From: an uncultured Hyphomicrobium sp.
Lineage (GTDB): Bacteria > Pseudomonadota > Alphaproteobacteria > Rhizobiales > Hyphomicrobiaceae
Direction: 5' to 3'
DNA length: 64,000 bases
Assembly (NCBI GenBank): GCA_964386545.1
Contig: CAYLSI010000014.1
Location: forward strand, 8,298 to 72,297
Part shown: positions 20,323 through 31,346 of the stretch, in pieces
Layout of the letters: each line of letters starts with the position of its first letter
Position numbering within the stretch: the first letter of the stretch is position 1
Position numbers and translations under genes: made by a program
Notes under the pieces: model-generated
What the model saw: the letters and a program-made list of their open reading frames with translations, nothing else
Database searches by the model: none
Told to the model about the DNA's origin: nothing

Positions 20323-21324
20323 TCAGCCGAGCGCGACATTGGCCGCGCTCTCGGGCAGCTCCTCGCCGAACGCGCGCTGGTAGAACTCCGCCACGAGCGG
20401 ACGCTCGAGCTCGTCGCACTTGTTGAGGAACGTGAGGCGGAAAGCAAAGCCCACGTCGTTGAAGATCTCGGCGTTCTCGGCCCACGTCATCACGGTGCGC
20501 GGGCTCATCACGGTCGAGAGGTCGCCGTTGATGAAGGCTTGCCGCGTGAGATCGGCGACGCGCACCATGTTGGACACGGCCTTGCGCTTCGCCTCCGTCT
20601 TGTTCCAGGACTTCACCTTCGAGAGGACGATGCGCGCCTCGTCGTCGTGCGGCAGGTAGTTCAGCGTCGCGACGATCGACCAGCGGTCCATCTGGCCCTG
20701 GTTGATCTGCTGCGTGCCGTGATAGAGGCCGGACGTGTCGCCGAGGCCGATCGTGTTCGTGGTCGAGAACAGGCGGAAGGCGGGATGCGGGCGGATGACC
20801 TTCGACTGGTCGAGCAGCGTCAGGCGGCCCGAGACTTCGAGCACGCGCTGGATCACGAACATCACGTCCGGGCGGCCGGCGTCGTACTCGTCGAAGACGA
20901 GCGCGGTGTTCGACTGCAGCGCGTACGGCAGGATGCCCTCGCGGAACTCGGTGACCTGCTTGCCGTCCTTGAGCACGATGGCGTCCTTGCCGACGAGGTC
21001 GATGCGCGAGACGTGGCTGTCGAGGTTGACGCGGATGCACGGCCAGTTGAGCCGCGCGGCAACCTGCTCGATGTGCGTGGATTTGCCGGTGCCGTGATAG
21101 CCCTGCACCATGACGCGGCGGTTGTATTTGAAGCCGGCCAGGATCGCGAGCGTGACCTCGCGGTTGAACAGGTAATCCGGATCCACGTCCGGCACGTGGT
21201 CGTCCGCCTGCGAATAGGCCGGGACTTCGAGATCGGACTCGATCCCGAACACCTGGCGGACGGAGAGCTTCATGTCGGGCATGCCGGGAGAGGCGGCCGG
21301 AGCGGTGTTGTTTTGCGCGCGCAT
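20323..21324 (-). CDS. cobS: cobaltochelatase subunit CobS (AAA+ MoxR-type ATPase)
   Basis: Walker [17 protein letters not shown], Walker B ALVFDEYD. About 333 aa from MRAQNN. Confidence 0.85.
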   Translation of the reverse strand: MRAQNNTAPAASPGMPDMKLSVRQVFGIESDLEVPAYSQADDHVPDVDPDYLFNREVTLAILAGFKYNRRVMVQGYHGTGKSTHIEQVAARLNWPCIRVNLDSHVSRIDLVGKDAIVLKDGKQVTEFREGILPYALQSNTALVFDEYDAGRPDVMFVIQRVLEVSGRLTLLDQSKVIRPHPAFRLFSTTNTIGLGDTSGLYHGTQQINQGQMDRWSIVATLNYLPHDDEARIVLSKVKSWNKTEAKRKAVSNMVRVADLTRQAFINGDLSTVMSPRTVMTWAENAEIFNDVGFAFRLTFLNKCDELERPLVAEFYQRAFGEELPESAANVALG

Positions 21325-21485
21325 TGAAACCTTAAGTTCGGCGATTGATGCATCCGAGGCCGGGCTCGAACGGGCTGCTTCGGCCAAATGATCCGCGCCG
21401 ACGGACAAAATGGCTAATCGGGGGTGTTGCCGGTCTCGCCTGATCTCGCGCAAGCCCGCATACGCGCGGGCCCAAGAGACCGGAG

Positions 21486-22121
21486 TCAGACGAGACCCGC
21501 CTTCTTCAGATAGTTATAGGCTTGGATAATTTCGCGCAACGTGTCCGCGGACCGCGTATCGCCGCCGTTGGCATCCGGGTGGTGGCGTTTAACCAACTCC
21601 TTGAAGCGCGCCTTGATTTCGTCCTTGGACGCCGTCTCCGGAAGATGCAGCGCATCCAGGGACTTTCGCTCGATCGGCTTCAGCGTGCGCCGGCTCGATA
21701 CCGGCTCCTCCCGCACCTTCCGGGCCCGCTCCGCGAACAGGCCGTGCGGATCGTTGCTGCTGAAACCGCCCGTTCCGGCGCGGCCCCCGCTGGCCTTGCC
21801 TTCGCGCGTGCCGTGGCCCCAGGAATTGGCGCCCACCTTCCACGTGGGGCGGTGGCCGGTCAGCGCGTCCTTCTGGAAGTCGCTCACCTCGGCGTCGCTC
21901 ATGCCGTCGAAGTAGTTGTACGAGGCGTTATACTCGCGCACGTGATCGGCGCAGAAGGAGAAGTACTCGCCGTCGCGCCCGCGGCCTTTCGGCGCGCGAT
22001 AGGGCGCGGGGCGGCCGCACCCCTTCCACTGGCAGGGCGGATGCTGCTCGCTCGCTTTCTCCTCGGCCGCGCGCTTGGGAGCAACACGGATCGAATCGAA
22101 ATATTTGGAATTGAGCTTCAT
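21486..22121 (-). CDS. J-domain-containing protein (DnaJ-like co-chaperone, conserved cobS neighbour)
   Basis: C-terminal J domain with HPD motif ([15 protein letters not shown]). Zinc-finger-like CQWKGC...C..H N-terminus. Confidence 0.75.
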   Translation of the reverse strand: MKLNSKYFDSIRVAPKRAAEEKASEQHPPCQWKGCGRPAPYRAPKGRGRDGEYFSFCADHVREYNASYNYFDGMSDAEVSDFQKDALTGHRPTWKVGANSWGHGTREGKASGGRAGTGGFSSNDPHGLFAERARKVREEPVSSRRTLKPIERKSLDALHLPETASKDEIKARFKELVKRHHPDANGGDTRSADTLREIIQAYNYLKKAGLV

Positions 22122-22223
22122 GGCCTAGATTATGATGCTCCGATCTCAAGCACACAAGACGAACTCGGCGGCGGGATTGCCACAGGTGCTTCCCCGCGCC
22201 CCTCAACAAGGAACGCAAACGGC

Positions 22224-22499
22224 ATGTCAGCGGAAACGCGCCTGCGCGAAAAGCTCATGATCGCGCTCGAGCCCACGCGGCTCGACATCGTCAACGAAAG
22301 CGAATTGCACGCAGGCCACCGATCCTCGCCCGGCACGGGCGAAAGCCATTTTCGCATCCTCATCGTTTCTCCGAAGTTTACGGGCGTCTCCCGGGTCGGC
22401 CGCCATCGGATGGTCAACGACGCGATCGCGGACGAGCTCGCGGGCCGCATTCACGCGCTGGCGCTCTCCACCTACGCGCCCGGCGAGGCCTTGGGATAG
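22224..22499 (+). CDS. BolA family transcriptional regulator
   Basis: 91 aa. LDIVNESELHAGH...SHFRILIVSPKF BolA signature. Confidence 0.8.
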   Translation: MSAETRLREKLMIALEPTRLDIVNESELHAGHRSSPGTGESHFRILIVSPKFTGVSRVGRHRMVNDAIADELAGRIHALALSTYAPGEALG

Positions 22500-23632
22500 C
22501 GCTCGATCGTGCCGCTCCTGAGCCTCGCCTCGAACTCGGCGAAGCTCACGCCCTTCGCGCCGCGCCGGTGGAAGTAGACGTGCTGGGCGATCCAGCGCAT
22601 CGGCGGCAGGGCGAGCGCGACGTCGATCAGCGGATTGGGCACGGCGAGATCGAGGGCGGCCCGCATCAGCTTCTTCGACGCGAACGACGGCAGCTCGGCC
22701 GCGAGCGCGCTGGCCGGAGGCGGCCCCAGGTTCTGCAGGTGGTCGGCGATGACCTGGGCGGAGCGCCGTCCGAGCTCGAAGGCGAGCTTGATGCCGCCGC
22801 CCGTCGCCGGAGACACCTGTCCCGCGGCGTCGCCGACGAGCATGACGCCCTCGCACGACCACGGATGAACGAGGCCGCCTGCGGGAATGCGGCCCGAGCG
22901 GCGCTCGACCACGCGGGCGCGGGAATAGCCGAAGATCGGCTCGGTCGCGGCGAGGAAGCGCTTGAGATCGGGCCTGCGGCCGGGGCCGACGGCGAGGCCG
23001 GCCTGCGTCACGGTCGGTCCGGCGGCGACCCAGCCGAGGTAGCCCGGCGCCAGCGTGGAATCGAGGAAGCAGTGCAGGAAGCGCGGGTCGGCGTCGGCGA
23101 GGCCTTCGTATTCGACCTCGATGCCGGTCAGGAATTTCGCGTTGGTGCCGAGCCTGAACGCGCGCGCGACCGACGAGCGTGCGCCGTCCGCGCCCAGGAT
23201 GTAACGGGCGGCGATGTTGATGCCGTGGAACCGGAAGAGGCCGCCGTCGCGCGTCGTGCCTTCGAAGCGTGCGCGGTAGAGGATCCTGGCGCCGGCGCGC
23301 ATCGCCTCCGCCGCGAGCCAGCGCAGCACGTTGGCGGTGTCGGTCGTCAGGAAGAAGTATCCCGGCGCGAAAAGGTCGATCGAGCGGCGGCTCGGCGCGT
23401 AGAGCCGCACCCCGTGCACGCGGCGCGTCAGTGTATGGGGAATGTCGATCTCGTCGGCGGCTTCCTTGACGAGGATGCCCGTCGTCGCCACGCGATGGCC
23501 AGCTTCGGGCTTGCCGTCGAGCACGGCGACCTTGAGGCCGCGCATGGCGGCCGTGCGCGCGGCAACGAGACCGGCGAACGAGGCGCCGACAATCACGAGG
23601 TCATAGGGGCGGACCGCTTCGTCCATGGCCAA
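22472..23632 (-). CDS. FAD-dependent oxidoreductase (geranylgeranyl reductase / NAD(P)/FAD monooxygenase family)
   Basis: N-terminal GxGxxG dinucleotide fold YDLVIVGASFAGLVAARTAAMRG. Internal GDAAG motif. Confidence 0.7.
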   Translation of the reverse strand: MAMDEAVRPYDLVIVGASFAGLVAARTAAMRGLKVAVLDGKPEAGHRVATTGILVKEAADEIDIPHTLTRRVHGVRLYAPSRRSIDLFAPGYFFLTTDTANVLRWLAAEAMRAGARILYRARFEGTTRDGGLFRFHGINIAARYILGADGARSSVARAFRLGTNAKFLTGIEVEYEGLADADPRFLHCFLDSTLAPGYLGWVAAGPTVTQAGLAVGPGRRPDLKRFLAATEPIFGYSRARVVERRSGRIPAGGLVHPWSCEGVMLVGDAAGQVSPATGGGIKLAFELGRRSAQVIADHLQNLGPPPASALAAELPSFASKKLMRAALDLAVPNPLIDVALALPPMRWIAQHVYFHRRGAKGVSFAEFEARLRSGTIERYPKASPGA

Positions 23633-23770
23633 GGCTCCAACGGGGTTCGGCCAGGAGAGTGACGCGGGATTGTGGCGGTCTCACGCTTGGGTCTTTCGGC
23701 TTGTCGTGGAACCGCTGAAAGACCCTCGATCTTTAGTTTTGTCGTGCTTCTTATCGGGCTCTATGGGCGG

Positions 23771-25096
23771 TCATTTCGCCGGCGCGCGCTCGCCCGTGCG
23801 CTCGGCGGGGCGGCCGGCCGTCATTTCCGCAGGCGCCAGGCGCTTGATGCGGACGGCGGCGATCTTGTTGCGGCTGCGGCGCAGGATCTCCATCCGGTAG
23901 CCGTGGAACGTGAACACCTGACCGGGCTCCGGGATCATCTGCGCCTCGTGCACGACGAGGCCGGCGATGGTCGTCGCCTCGACCTCGGGCAGGTTCCAGT
24001 CCATGGCGCGGTTCAGATCGCGGATCGGCACGGCGCCGTCCACGTTGATCGTGCCGTCGGCCTGCGGGCGGATCTGCAGCTCGGCGGTGTCGTGCTCGTC
24101 GGAAATCTGGCCGACGATCTCCTCCAGGATGTCCTCGAGCGTGATGAGGCCCTGCACCTCGCCGTATTCGTCCACGACCATGGCCATCTGCGCGTTGCGC
24201 TTCAGGAACTGCTGGAGCTGGTCCTTCAGCGTCGTCGTATCGGGCACGAACCAGGGCGCGGCGGCGATGCTCATGATGTCGAGCTTCGCGACGTCCCAGT
24301 TGGCGCGCTGCAACGCGCCGAGCAGGTCCTTCGTGTTGAGAAGCCCGACGATGTTCTCCGGCTCGTCCTTCCAGATCGGTACGCGCGTGTAGTGCGAGCG
24401 CAGCACCTGGTCGATGATGACCTGCGGGCTCTCCGCCACATCGAACGTCTCCATCTTGGTGCGATGGATCATGATGTCGGAGACCTCGAGCTTGCCGAGA
24501 TCGAGCACGCCGCCCAGCATGTGTGCATCGTGGCGGGCGACGGCGCCCTCCTTGTGGGAGAGGTCGATGGCGCCGCGGATCTCCTCGTGGGCGGCCAGGA
24601 TGTTGGCTTCGTCGTCCTTGGTCGAGGGCGTGAACGAGAGCAGCCAGCGCACGATCAGCTCGATGGCGCGCGTCGCGGGCCCCAGCACGACGATCAGGAC
24701 CCGCATGATCGGCGCCACGAACAGCGCCACGCGCTCCGAGTAGGCGAGCGCGTAGGTCTTCGGCAGGACGGCGGCGAAGATCACGATCAGGAGCGTGACG
24801 ATGGCCGTCGCGTAGATCACGCCCACCTCGCCGACGAGGCGGACGGCGAGCGTGGACGCTAAGCCCGCGGCCAGCACGTCCACCAGCGTGTTGCCGATGA
24901 GCACGGCGCCGATGAGCTTCTCGGGCGAGGCGAGCAGCCGGTTGACGAGCTTCGCCTTGACGTTGCCGTCGCTTTCGAGGGCGTGGATGCGGGCCCGCGA
25001 CGCGGCCGTGAGGCCGGTTTCGCTCATATTGAAAAAGGCGCTCATGGCGATCAGGACGACGATCGCGCCAATCAGAAGACCGATTTCGAGAGACAT
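23771..25096 (-). CDS. HlyC/CorC family transporter (DUF21-CBS pair-CorC_HlyC)
   Basis: 441 aa. N-terminal DUF21 TM domain, tandem CBS, C-terminal transporter-associated domain. Confidence 0.85.
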   Translation of the reverse strand: MSLEIGLLIGAIVVLIAMSAFFNMSETGLTAASRARIHALESDGNVKAKLVNRLLASPEKLIGAVLIGNTLVDVLAAGLASTLAVRLVGEVGVIYATAIVTLLIVIFAAVLPKTYALAYSERVALFVAPIMRVLIVVLGPATRAIELIVRWLLSFTPSTKDDEANILAAHEEIRGAIDLSHKEGAVARHDAHMLGGVLDLGKLEVSDIMIHRTKMETFDVAESPQVIIDQVLRSHYTRVPIWKDEPENIVGLLNTKDLLGALQRANWDVAKLDIMSIAAAPWFVPDTTTLKDQLQQFLKRNAQMAMVVDEYGEVQGLITLEDILEEIVGQISDEHDTAELQIRPQADGTINVDGAVPIRDLNRAMDWNLPEVEATTIAGLVVHEAQMIPEPGQVFTFHGYRMEILRRSRNKIAAVRIKRLAPAEMTAGRPAERTGERAPAK

Positions 25097-25216
25097 GGAG
25101 CTACCGCAACGAGGTGGCCAACAGCAGGGATGGATAGGTTGCTACTAAGCACGATCGGCCCGGCCCGTTGCAATGCCCGCCTGCGCCGCATCCGCGGGTC
25201 GGGCGGCCGCTCCGGG

Positions 25217-26368
25217 TCAGCCCGCGGCGATTTCGCCTTCGAGGAAGCCGCGCACGGTCGCCTCGTCGACGTCGCGCGAGACGAACGCCTGACCGATGTC
25301 ACGCACAAGAATGAAGGTCAGGCGGCCGTCCTTGACCTTCTTGTCCTGGCCCATCAGGCGGACCAGCTCGGCCGCATCGGCCGCGCCGCCCGGAATATCG
25401 CCGATCTTCGTCGGCAGGCCGACGGCGGCGATGTGCGCGGCGACCCGCGCCGCCGTGCCCTCGGGGCAAAGACCGAGGCGCTCGGAGAAGCGGAACGCGA
25501 GGCACATGCCGATGGCGACGCCCTCGCCGTGCAGCAGGCGGTCGGAATAGCCGGTCCAGGCCTCCAGCGCGTGGCCGAAGGTGTGGCCCAGGTTCAGAAG
25601 CGCGCGGTCGCCCGTCTCGTGCTCGTCGCGCGCGACGATGGCGGCCTTGGCCTTGACGCTCGTCTCGATGGCCGTGACCAGCGTTTCGAGATCGAAGCCG
25701 AACACGCCGTCATGGGCGGCTTCGAGCCAGCGGAAGAAATTGGCATCGCCCAGGAGGCCGTATTTGACGACCTCGGCATATCCGGCGCGCATCTCGCGCG
25801 GCGGCAGCGTCTTCAAGACGTCGGTGTCGGCGATGACCAGCGACGGCTGGTGAAACACGCCGATGAGGTTCTTTCCCTGCGGGGTGTTGATGCCCGTCTT
25901 GCCGCCGACGGAGCTGTCGACCTGGGCCAGCAGCGTCGTCGGGATCTGCACGAAGCGGACGCCGCGGCGCAGGATGCCGGCCGCGAAGCCCGCGAGATCG
26001 CCGATGACGCCGCCGCCGAAGGCAACGACGAGGTCGCCGCGCTCGAGGCCCAGCTCGAGCAGGCGCTCGCACAGCGGGCCGAGCTGGCGGAAGCTCTTGG
26101 TCGGCTCGCCCGCCGGCAGCACGATCGAGCCTTTGTGACGGCCTTCGGCGCGCAGGCTCGCTTCCAGAGACGCCAGGTGATGCTTGGCGACGTTCTCGTC
26201 CGTGACGATGCCGCAGCGCGCCTTGCCGAGACGGCCGGCGATCAGGCGCCCAGCTTCGGCCAGAAGATCCGGACCGATCAGCACGTCATAGGCGCGGTCG
26301 CCGAGCGGCACGTTGACCGTGCGGCTTGCGCGGGTCGTCGCGGCCAGGGAATGTGCGAGGGTCGGCAT
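25217..26368 (-). CDS. aroB: 3-dehydroquinate synthase
   Basis: 383 aa. GGGVIGDLAGFAA, metal-binding HG..H motifs. Operon with aroK. Confidence 0.9.
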   Translation of the reverse strand: MPTLAHSLAATTRASRTVNVPLGDRAYDVLIGPDLLAEAGRLIAGRLGKARCGIVTDENVAKHHLASLEASLRAEGRHKGSIVLPAGEPTKSFRQLGPLCERLLELGLERGDLVVAFGGGVIGDLAGFAAGILRRGVRFVQIPTTLLAQVDSSVGGKTGINTPQGKNLIGVFHQPSLVIADTDVLKTLPPREMRAGYAEVVKYGLLGDANFFRWLEAAHDGVFGFDLETLVTAIETSVKAKAAIVARDEHETGDRALLNLGHTFGHALEAWTGYSDRLLHGEGVAIGMCLAFRFSERLGLCPEGTAARVAAHIAAVGLPTKIGDIPGGAADAAELVRLMGQDKKVKDGRLTFILVRDIGQAFVSRDVDEATVRGFLEGEIAAG

Positions 26369-26416
26369 CTGAAAATCTTCTTCCCGGATCGGCGTTGGTG
26401 TTGGCGTTGACTGCTA

Positions 26417-26998
26417 TCAGATCGGCGCGGGCTGCGCCAACGCGAGGTGCCTGGCCACGGCCGCGATGATCTCGGCCACGATCGCCTCGTGCGGCACGTC
26501 GCGGCTTTCGACGGTGATGTCGGCCTCGGCGTAGACCGGGTAGCGCGCGTCCATCAGGCTGCGCATGACCGCCTCGGCGTCACCGCCCTTGAGCAAGGGC
26601 CGCGTATCGCGCTTGCTCACCCGGCGCATGAGCACCGGAAGCTCCGCCCGCAGCCAGATCGAAAGGCCGGTGCTGCGGATCCTGTCGCGCGTTTCGGCCA
26701 TCATAAACGCGCCTCCCCCCGTCGCCAAGACCTGGGGGCCGGCGGCGAGCAGGCGCGTGATCACCTTGCACTCGCGATCGCGAAAGAATGCCTCGCCATG
26801 GTCCTGGAAGATCTCGGTGATGGATTTCTGCGCGACGCGCTCGATCTCCTCGTCCGCATCGACGAAGGGCAGGCCGAGCTTGACCGCGAGCCGCTTGCCG
26901 ATCGACGATTTTCCGCAGCCCATGAGCCCGACGAGAACGAGGGAGCGCGGGCCGAGGGCCTGGCGCACGCTTTCGATCGTTGCCTTGTCCTGCTCCAT
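26417..26998 (-). CDS. aroK: shikimate kinase
   Basis: Walker A LVLVGLMGCGKSSIGKRLA. Start taken at MEQDKATIE (26998), not the upstream ORF-track start. Confidence 0.85.
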   Translation of the reverse strand: MEQDKATIESVRQALGPRSLVLVGLMGCGKSSIGKRLAVKLGLPFVDADEEIERVAQKSITEIFQDHGEAFFRDRECKVITRLLAAGPQVLATGGGAFMMAETRDRIRSTGLSIWLRAELPVLMRRVSKRDTRPLLKGGDAEAVMRSLMDARYPVYAEADITVESRDVPHEAIVAEIIAAVARHLALAQPAPI

Positions 26999-27225
26999 CG
27001 CTCCAGCTCGCGTCGTTTCGTCTCGATCTCGTGTGCCGGCGCCGGGTCGGCTGCCGGCCAGCGCAGTCTGGTGTCGCTCGGGGGCTTCATACTCAGTTTC
27101 GTTGCCGGATGCGAGACAGTTGCCCAAAATGTGGCGCAATGTTTTTCCTTGTTCAGGAAAAATCAGCGCTTTGAGCATCATCCTCCGGCGAAGTGCACAC
27201 CTGACGGATCGGGGTCCGCCGTTCC

Positions 27226-27372
27226 ATGCCCAGTCTTTTCCGCTTTCTCATCTCCACCGGGTCGCTGGTGGCAGTGGTGTCCGCGGGATTGTACATCCTC
27301 GCCCACCAGTTCGAGCCCGAGCGGCACGAGGTGGTTAAGGCCGTGCCCGGCGTCAAGATCCGAAAACAGTGA
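27226..27372 (+). CDS. candidate 48-aa single-TM small protein (absent from the ORF track because it is <60 aa)
   Basis: ATG at 27226. MPSLFRFLISTGSLVAVVSAGLYILAHQFEPERHEVVKAVPGVKIRKQ*. One hydrophobic helix, GC3-rich codons consistent with the genome. Lies in the gap between aroK and the next gene. Confidence 0.35.
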   Translation: MPSLFRFLISTGSLVAVVSAGLYILAHQFEPERHEVVKAVPGVKIRKQ

Positions 27373-27396
27373 GCTGACCTCGGAGACGGCCGGCCG

Positions 27397-29133
27397 ATGC
27401 GCATCGAGGCTCTGATTCTTTTCCCTCCCCGGCGTTGCCGCCCAGCCGGTCTCGCGCTCGCGGGCATGGTCTTCGCCAGCGCGATCCCATTCTTTATGGA
27501 CGCGGCGCCATCGGCGCACGCCGGAAGCACGTTCTCGCGCGAGGACCTCGACGCGCCGGCCCCCCTTCACGAGAAAGAGCGCGGCGTTCTTCGCGAATCG
27601 CTCGATCCCGTGCTGTCGCCGGACGGCACGGGCATGCCCTACGAGCTTTGGAGCGGGCTCACCCCGGAAGCGCTCGCGCAAAGCATCGCGCAGCTCGAGC
27701 TGCCGCCGCGCTCGCGCACCCTCAACGCGCTCTGGCGCAAGCTGATCGCCTCCGACGGCGCGGCCGCGGGCGGGAGCCCGGCGCATTTCACGGCGCTCCG
27801 CGTCGAGGCGCTCGACCAGTCCGGCCTGATCGATGACGCGGCCGCGGTGCTCGCGAAGAACCCGGCGTCCGAGCGCGATCCGCTGCTCTCCGCGCTGACG
27901 GCGCGCAGCGAGATCGGCCTCGGCAACGCCGAGCGCGGCTGCGAGATCGGCAAGGGCCTCGTCGGAGCACGCGCGAGCCTGCCGAAGCCGATCCAGGCGG
28001 ATGCGCTCGTGATCAGCGGCTATTGCGCGCTGGCGCGCGGCGATACGGCGGCGGCGGCCCTGCAGGCGAGCCTGATCCGCGATCTCGATCTGTCGAGCAG
28101 CACCGGCGCCGATCTCCTCGACGCGGTGGCGGCGGGTCTCTCTCCGCAAATCCCGCAAGGCGCCAAGCTCACGCTCGTCGACTATCGCATCGCCTCCCTC
28201 AATGGCGGTTTCTCGCCGGGCAATCTCCTCGGCTCCGCGACGCCGGGGCTGATCGCCGGCCTCGCGCACGATCCGCGCACGCCGCCGGATCTGCGCCTCG
28301 CTGCCGGCGAAGCTGCCACCGCGCTCAACATTCTCCCCGCGAGCGATCTCGCGCCGCTTTACCGCGCGGCCGGCGCGGGGGGTGATGCCGGCACGATCGA
28401 ACGAGCGGGTCTTTTCAAATCGGCGGAAGCCGAGCGCACGCCCCTCAAGAAAGCGCGCCTCATCCGCACGTTTCTCGACGAGGCACGGCGCGGCGGCTTC
28501 TATTGGACGGCGCTGCAGCTCATGGCGGACCCGGCGCAGGCGCTGGAGCCCGTGCCCGAGATCGGCTGGTTCGCGGAGACCGCCATCGAGGTCAACCTGG
28601 CGTCCGGCAACTTCGATGCGGCGCGCCGGTGGGCCGTGTTCGGCGGCTCGGCGGACAGCCTCAACCCCGCCGCGGCGCAGCCTCTCGCGCACTGGATCGC
28701 GCTCATCGACCTGGCGGACCCGGCCGCCGGCCAGGACCGGGGGCGCGGCCTCGGCGCGGTGGAAACCATGATCCATTCGGGCCGCTTCAATGCGGACCTG
28801 CTGCATCGCTTCACCACCGCGCTCGACGCGCTGGACCTCGCCGTGCCGATGTCGCTGTGGGATGTCGCCAGCCGGACGCCGCAGCCGGCGGGCGGGCATC
28901 TGCCCGACACGGGCGTCCTGTCGGAGCTTGCAGACGCGTCGCGCAAGAAGGAGTTCGGGCGCACGGTGCTGCTCGTGATGCGCACGCTGGGTCCCTCGGG
29001 CGCCGAGGGCGCGCACATGATCGCGCTCGGCGATACGCTTCGCGCGCTCAAGCGCGCCGGCCTCGAACCGGACGCGCGCCAGCTTGCCGTCGAAGGACTG
29101 TTCGCCGTCTGGCCGCGCGCGGTCAGCCAATGA
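27397..29133 (+). CDS. conserved hypothetical secreted/periplasmic Ala-rich protein, translationally coupled (ATGA) to xerD
   Basis: 578 aa. N-terminal hydrophobic signal-like segment. Stop overlaps the xerD ATG at 29130. Confidence 0.55.
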   Translation: MRIEALILFPPRRCRPAGLALAGMVFASAIPFFMDAAPSAHAGSTFSREDLDAPAPLHEKERGVLRESLDPVLSPDGTGMPYELWSGLTPEALAQSIAQLELPPRSRTLNALWRKLIASDGAAAGGSPAHFTALRVEALDQSGLIDDAAAVLAKNPASERDPLLSALTARSEIGLGNAERGCEIGKGLVGARASLPKPIQADALVISGYCALARGDTAAAALQASLIRDLDLSSSTGADLLDAVAAGLSPQIPQGAKLTLVDYRIASLNGGFSPGNLLGSATPGLIAGLAHDPRTPPDLRLAAGEAATALNILPASDLAPLYRAAGAGGDAGTIERAGLFKSAEAERTPLKKARLIRTFLDEARRGGFYWTALQLMADPAQALEPVPEIGWFAETAIEVNLASGNFDAARRWAVFGGSADSLNPAAAQPLAHWIALIDLADPAAGQDRGRGLGAVETMIHSGRFNADLLHRFTTALDALDLAVPMSLWDVASRTPQPAGGHLPDTGVLSELADASRKKEFGRTVLLVMRTLGPSGAEGAHMIALGDTLRALKRAGLEPDARQLAVEGLFAVWPRAVSQ

Positions 29134-30080
29134 CCGCCCCCGACGACGTCCAGCACATCGCATCGTTCCTCGAAATGATGACGGCCGAAAAGGGCGCGGC
29201 CGCCAACACGCTCGATGCCTACCGCCGCGATCTCGCGGACTTCACGGCGTTCCTCGAACGGGACGGCATTCCCCTCATCGAAACGGATCGCGCCGACATT
29301 TCACGCTACCTCACCGCGCTGTCGCACGCCGGGCTCAAGCCCGCCTCGCGCGCGCGGCGGCTCTCAGCGGTGCGCCAGCTCTACAAGTTCCTCGAAGCGG
29401 ACGGCGTCGTCGACGACAACCCGGCCGCGGGCATCGAAGGGCCGGGCAAAGCCCGCGCGCTGCCGAAGACGCTCTCCGTCGACGAGGTGGACCGGCTCAT
29501 CGACGCGGCAGGGCGCGCCATCGAAGGCGAGAGCGGGCGGGATCTCGTTCGCGCCGTCCGCCACCACTGCCTCCTCGAAATCCTCTACGCGACCGGCATG
29601 CGCGTCTCCGAGCTCGTGTCGCTGCCGCGCAGCGTGCTCAAGGGCGATCCGCGCCTGCTGACCATCCGCGGCAAGGGCGGACGCGAGCGGCTGGTGCCGC
29701 TCAACGGCAAGGCGCGTGCGGCGCTCGACCGGTATCTCGCGCTCGGCTCGGCGCCGGCCGACCGCGTCGCACCGATGGTCGCCACGCGGTTCCTGTTTCC
29801 CTCGCGGGCCGAGGAAGGCCACCTGACGCGCCAGCGCTTCGCCCAGGACCTCAAGCAAACGGCGCTCGCGGCCGGCATCGACCCCGAGCGGGTCTCGCCG
29901 CACGTGCTGCGGCATGCCTTCGCGAGCCACCTCTTGGACCGCGGTGCGGACCTGCGCTCCGTGCAAAGCCTGCTCGGGCATGCCGACATCTCGACCACGG
30001 AAATCTACACGCACGTGCTCGAAGAGCGCCTCAAGCGGCTGGTGGCGGAGCATCATCCCTTGGCCGAGGACGACCGCTAG
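29130..30080 (+). CDS. xerD: site-specific tyrosine recombinase XerD
   Basis: 316 aa. R...HxxR...Y catalytic residues (LRHAFASHLL, GHADISTTEIYTHV). Conserved xerD-accA arrangement. Confidence 0.9.
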   Translation: MTAPDDVQHIASFLEMMTAEKGAAANTLDAYRRDLADFTAFLERDGIPLIETDRADISRYLTALSHAGLKPASRARRLSAVRQLYKFLEADGVVDDNPAAGIEGPGKARALPKTLSVDEVDRLIDAAGRAIEGESGRDLVRAVRHHCLLEILYATGMRVSELVSLPRSVLKGDPRLLTIRGKGGRERLVPLNGKARAALDRYLALGSAPADRVAPMVATRFLFPSRAEEGHLTRQRFAQDLKQTALAAGIDPERVSPHVLRHAFASHLLDRGADLRSVQSLLGHADISTTEIYTHVLEERLKRLVAEHHPLAEDDR

Positions 30081-30287
30081 GCGCACGGGCGCAACCGTCC
30101 GGAAACCGGCTTCCGGGTTGAAACTGGCGGCTTTTCATCGCGGGCCGCCCGCTGCGGCCGGGCGCGCCCGCGTTTACGAACTTTCGGGCGGGGGTTGACA
30201 GAAAATCGGCGGGAAGGTCAACGTGCCCCGACTTTCCCCGATACCCGACCCCACGCATTCGTTTCCGCGGCAGGAAGAGGCCTTTCC

Positions 30288-31271
30288 TTGGAACCACCGA
30301 AGTCTGATCGACCGATCGCCGTCAAAACCTATCTCGACTTCGAGAAGCCGATCGCCGAGCTGGAAAGCAAGGTGTCCGAGCTGAAAACGCTCGAAGGCGA
30401 CGAAGGCGTGTCGATCTCCGAGGAAATCAAGAAGCTCGAGCAGAAGGCCAAGGCCGCACTCGTCGACACTTACGGCAAGCTCACGCCGTGGCAGAAGACG
30501 CAGGTCGCGCGCCATCCGGACCGCCCGCACTGCCTCGACTACGTCAACGCGCTGATCGAGGACTTCACGCCGCTCGCCGGCGACCGCTATTACGCAGAGG
30601 ACGAAGCCGTCATGGGCGGCCTCGGCCGGTTCCGCGGCCGTCCCGTGGTCATCATCGGCCACGAGAAGGGCTCGGATACGGAAGGACGCATCCGCCACAA
30701 CTTCGGCATGGCGCGGCCGGAAGGCTATCGTAAGGCCGTGCGCCTCATGGAGATGGCCGACAAGTTCGGTCTGCCCGTGCTCACGCTGGTCGACACCGCC
30801 GGCGCCTACCCCGGCATCGGCGCCGAGGAGCGCGGCCAGGCCGAGGCCATCGCGCGCTCGACCGACAAGTGCCTCGAAATCGGCGTGCCGATCATCGCCG
30901 TCATCATCGGCGAGGGCGGATCGGGCGGCGCGGTCGCCATCGCCACGGCCAACCGTATCCTGATGCTGGAGCACTCGATCTACACCGTCGCCTCGCCCGA
31001 AGCCGCCGCCTCGATCCTGTGGCGCGATTCGGCCAAGGCCATCGACGCCGCCACCAACATGAAGATCACCGCCCAGGACCTCGATACGCTCGGCGTCATC
31101 GACGTCATCATCCGCGAGCCGGTGGGCGGCGCGCACCGCGACCGGGCGCTGGCGATCCAGACGGCGGGCGACGCCATCGCCAAGGCGCTGGCCGAGTTCG
31201 ACGGCAAGAGCCCGGCCGACATCAGGCGGTTGCGGCACGACCGCTTCCTCGACATCGGCCGCCAGTTGTAA
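30288..31271 (+). CDS. accA: acetyl-CoA carboxylase carboxyltransferase subunit alpha
   Basis: [12 protein letters not shown]...GGSGGA motif. Likely TTG start at 30288 with a GGAAGAGG RBS; the ORF-track ATG at 30195 would add an atypical N-terminal extension. Confidence 0.85.
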   Translation: MEPPKSDRPIAVKTYLDFEKPIAELESKVSELKTLEGDEGVSISEEIKKLEQKAKAALVDTYGKLTPWQKTQVARHPDRPHCLDYVNALIEDFTPLAGDRYYAEDEAVMGGLGRFRGRPVVIIGHEKGSDTEGRIRHNFGMARPEGYRKAVRLMEMADKFGLPVLTLVDTAGAYPGIGAEERGQAEAIARSTDKCLEIGVPIIAVIIGEGGSGGAVAIATANRILMLEHSIYTVASPEAAASILWRDSAKAIDAATNMKITAQDLDTLGVIDVIIREPVGGAHRDRALAIQTAGDAIAKALAEFDGKSPADIRRLRHDRFLDIGRQL

Positions 31272-31346
31272 CAGCCGCCGCCGCGACGCTGTACCCCGCT
31301 CTCCACAGCTAACCGGCCGTACCGGCGCCGCATTCGGCTGGCACCC

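Noticed and set aside
21325-21485. Possible cobalamin riboswitch upstream of cobS (a B12-box-like CAGGCGAGACCGGC on the minus strand)
   Set aside because: Only a partial B12-box match. No GGTGAAA or GCCACTG elements. The motif sits too close to the upstream gene's stop for a full ~200-nt aptamer.
23689-23725. 9-bp stem / 19-nt loop hairpin (GGGTCTTTC...GAAAGACCC) between two minus-strand genes
   Set aside because: No U-tract. Plausibly just an mRNA 3' stabiliser. Not distinctive enough to call a terminator.
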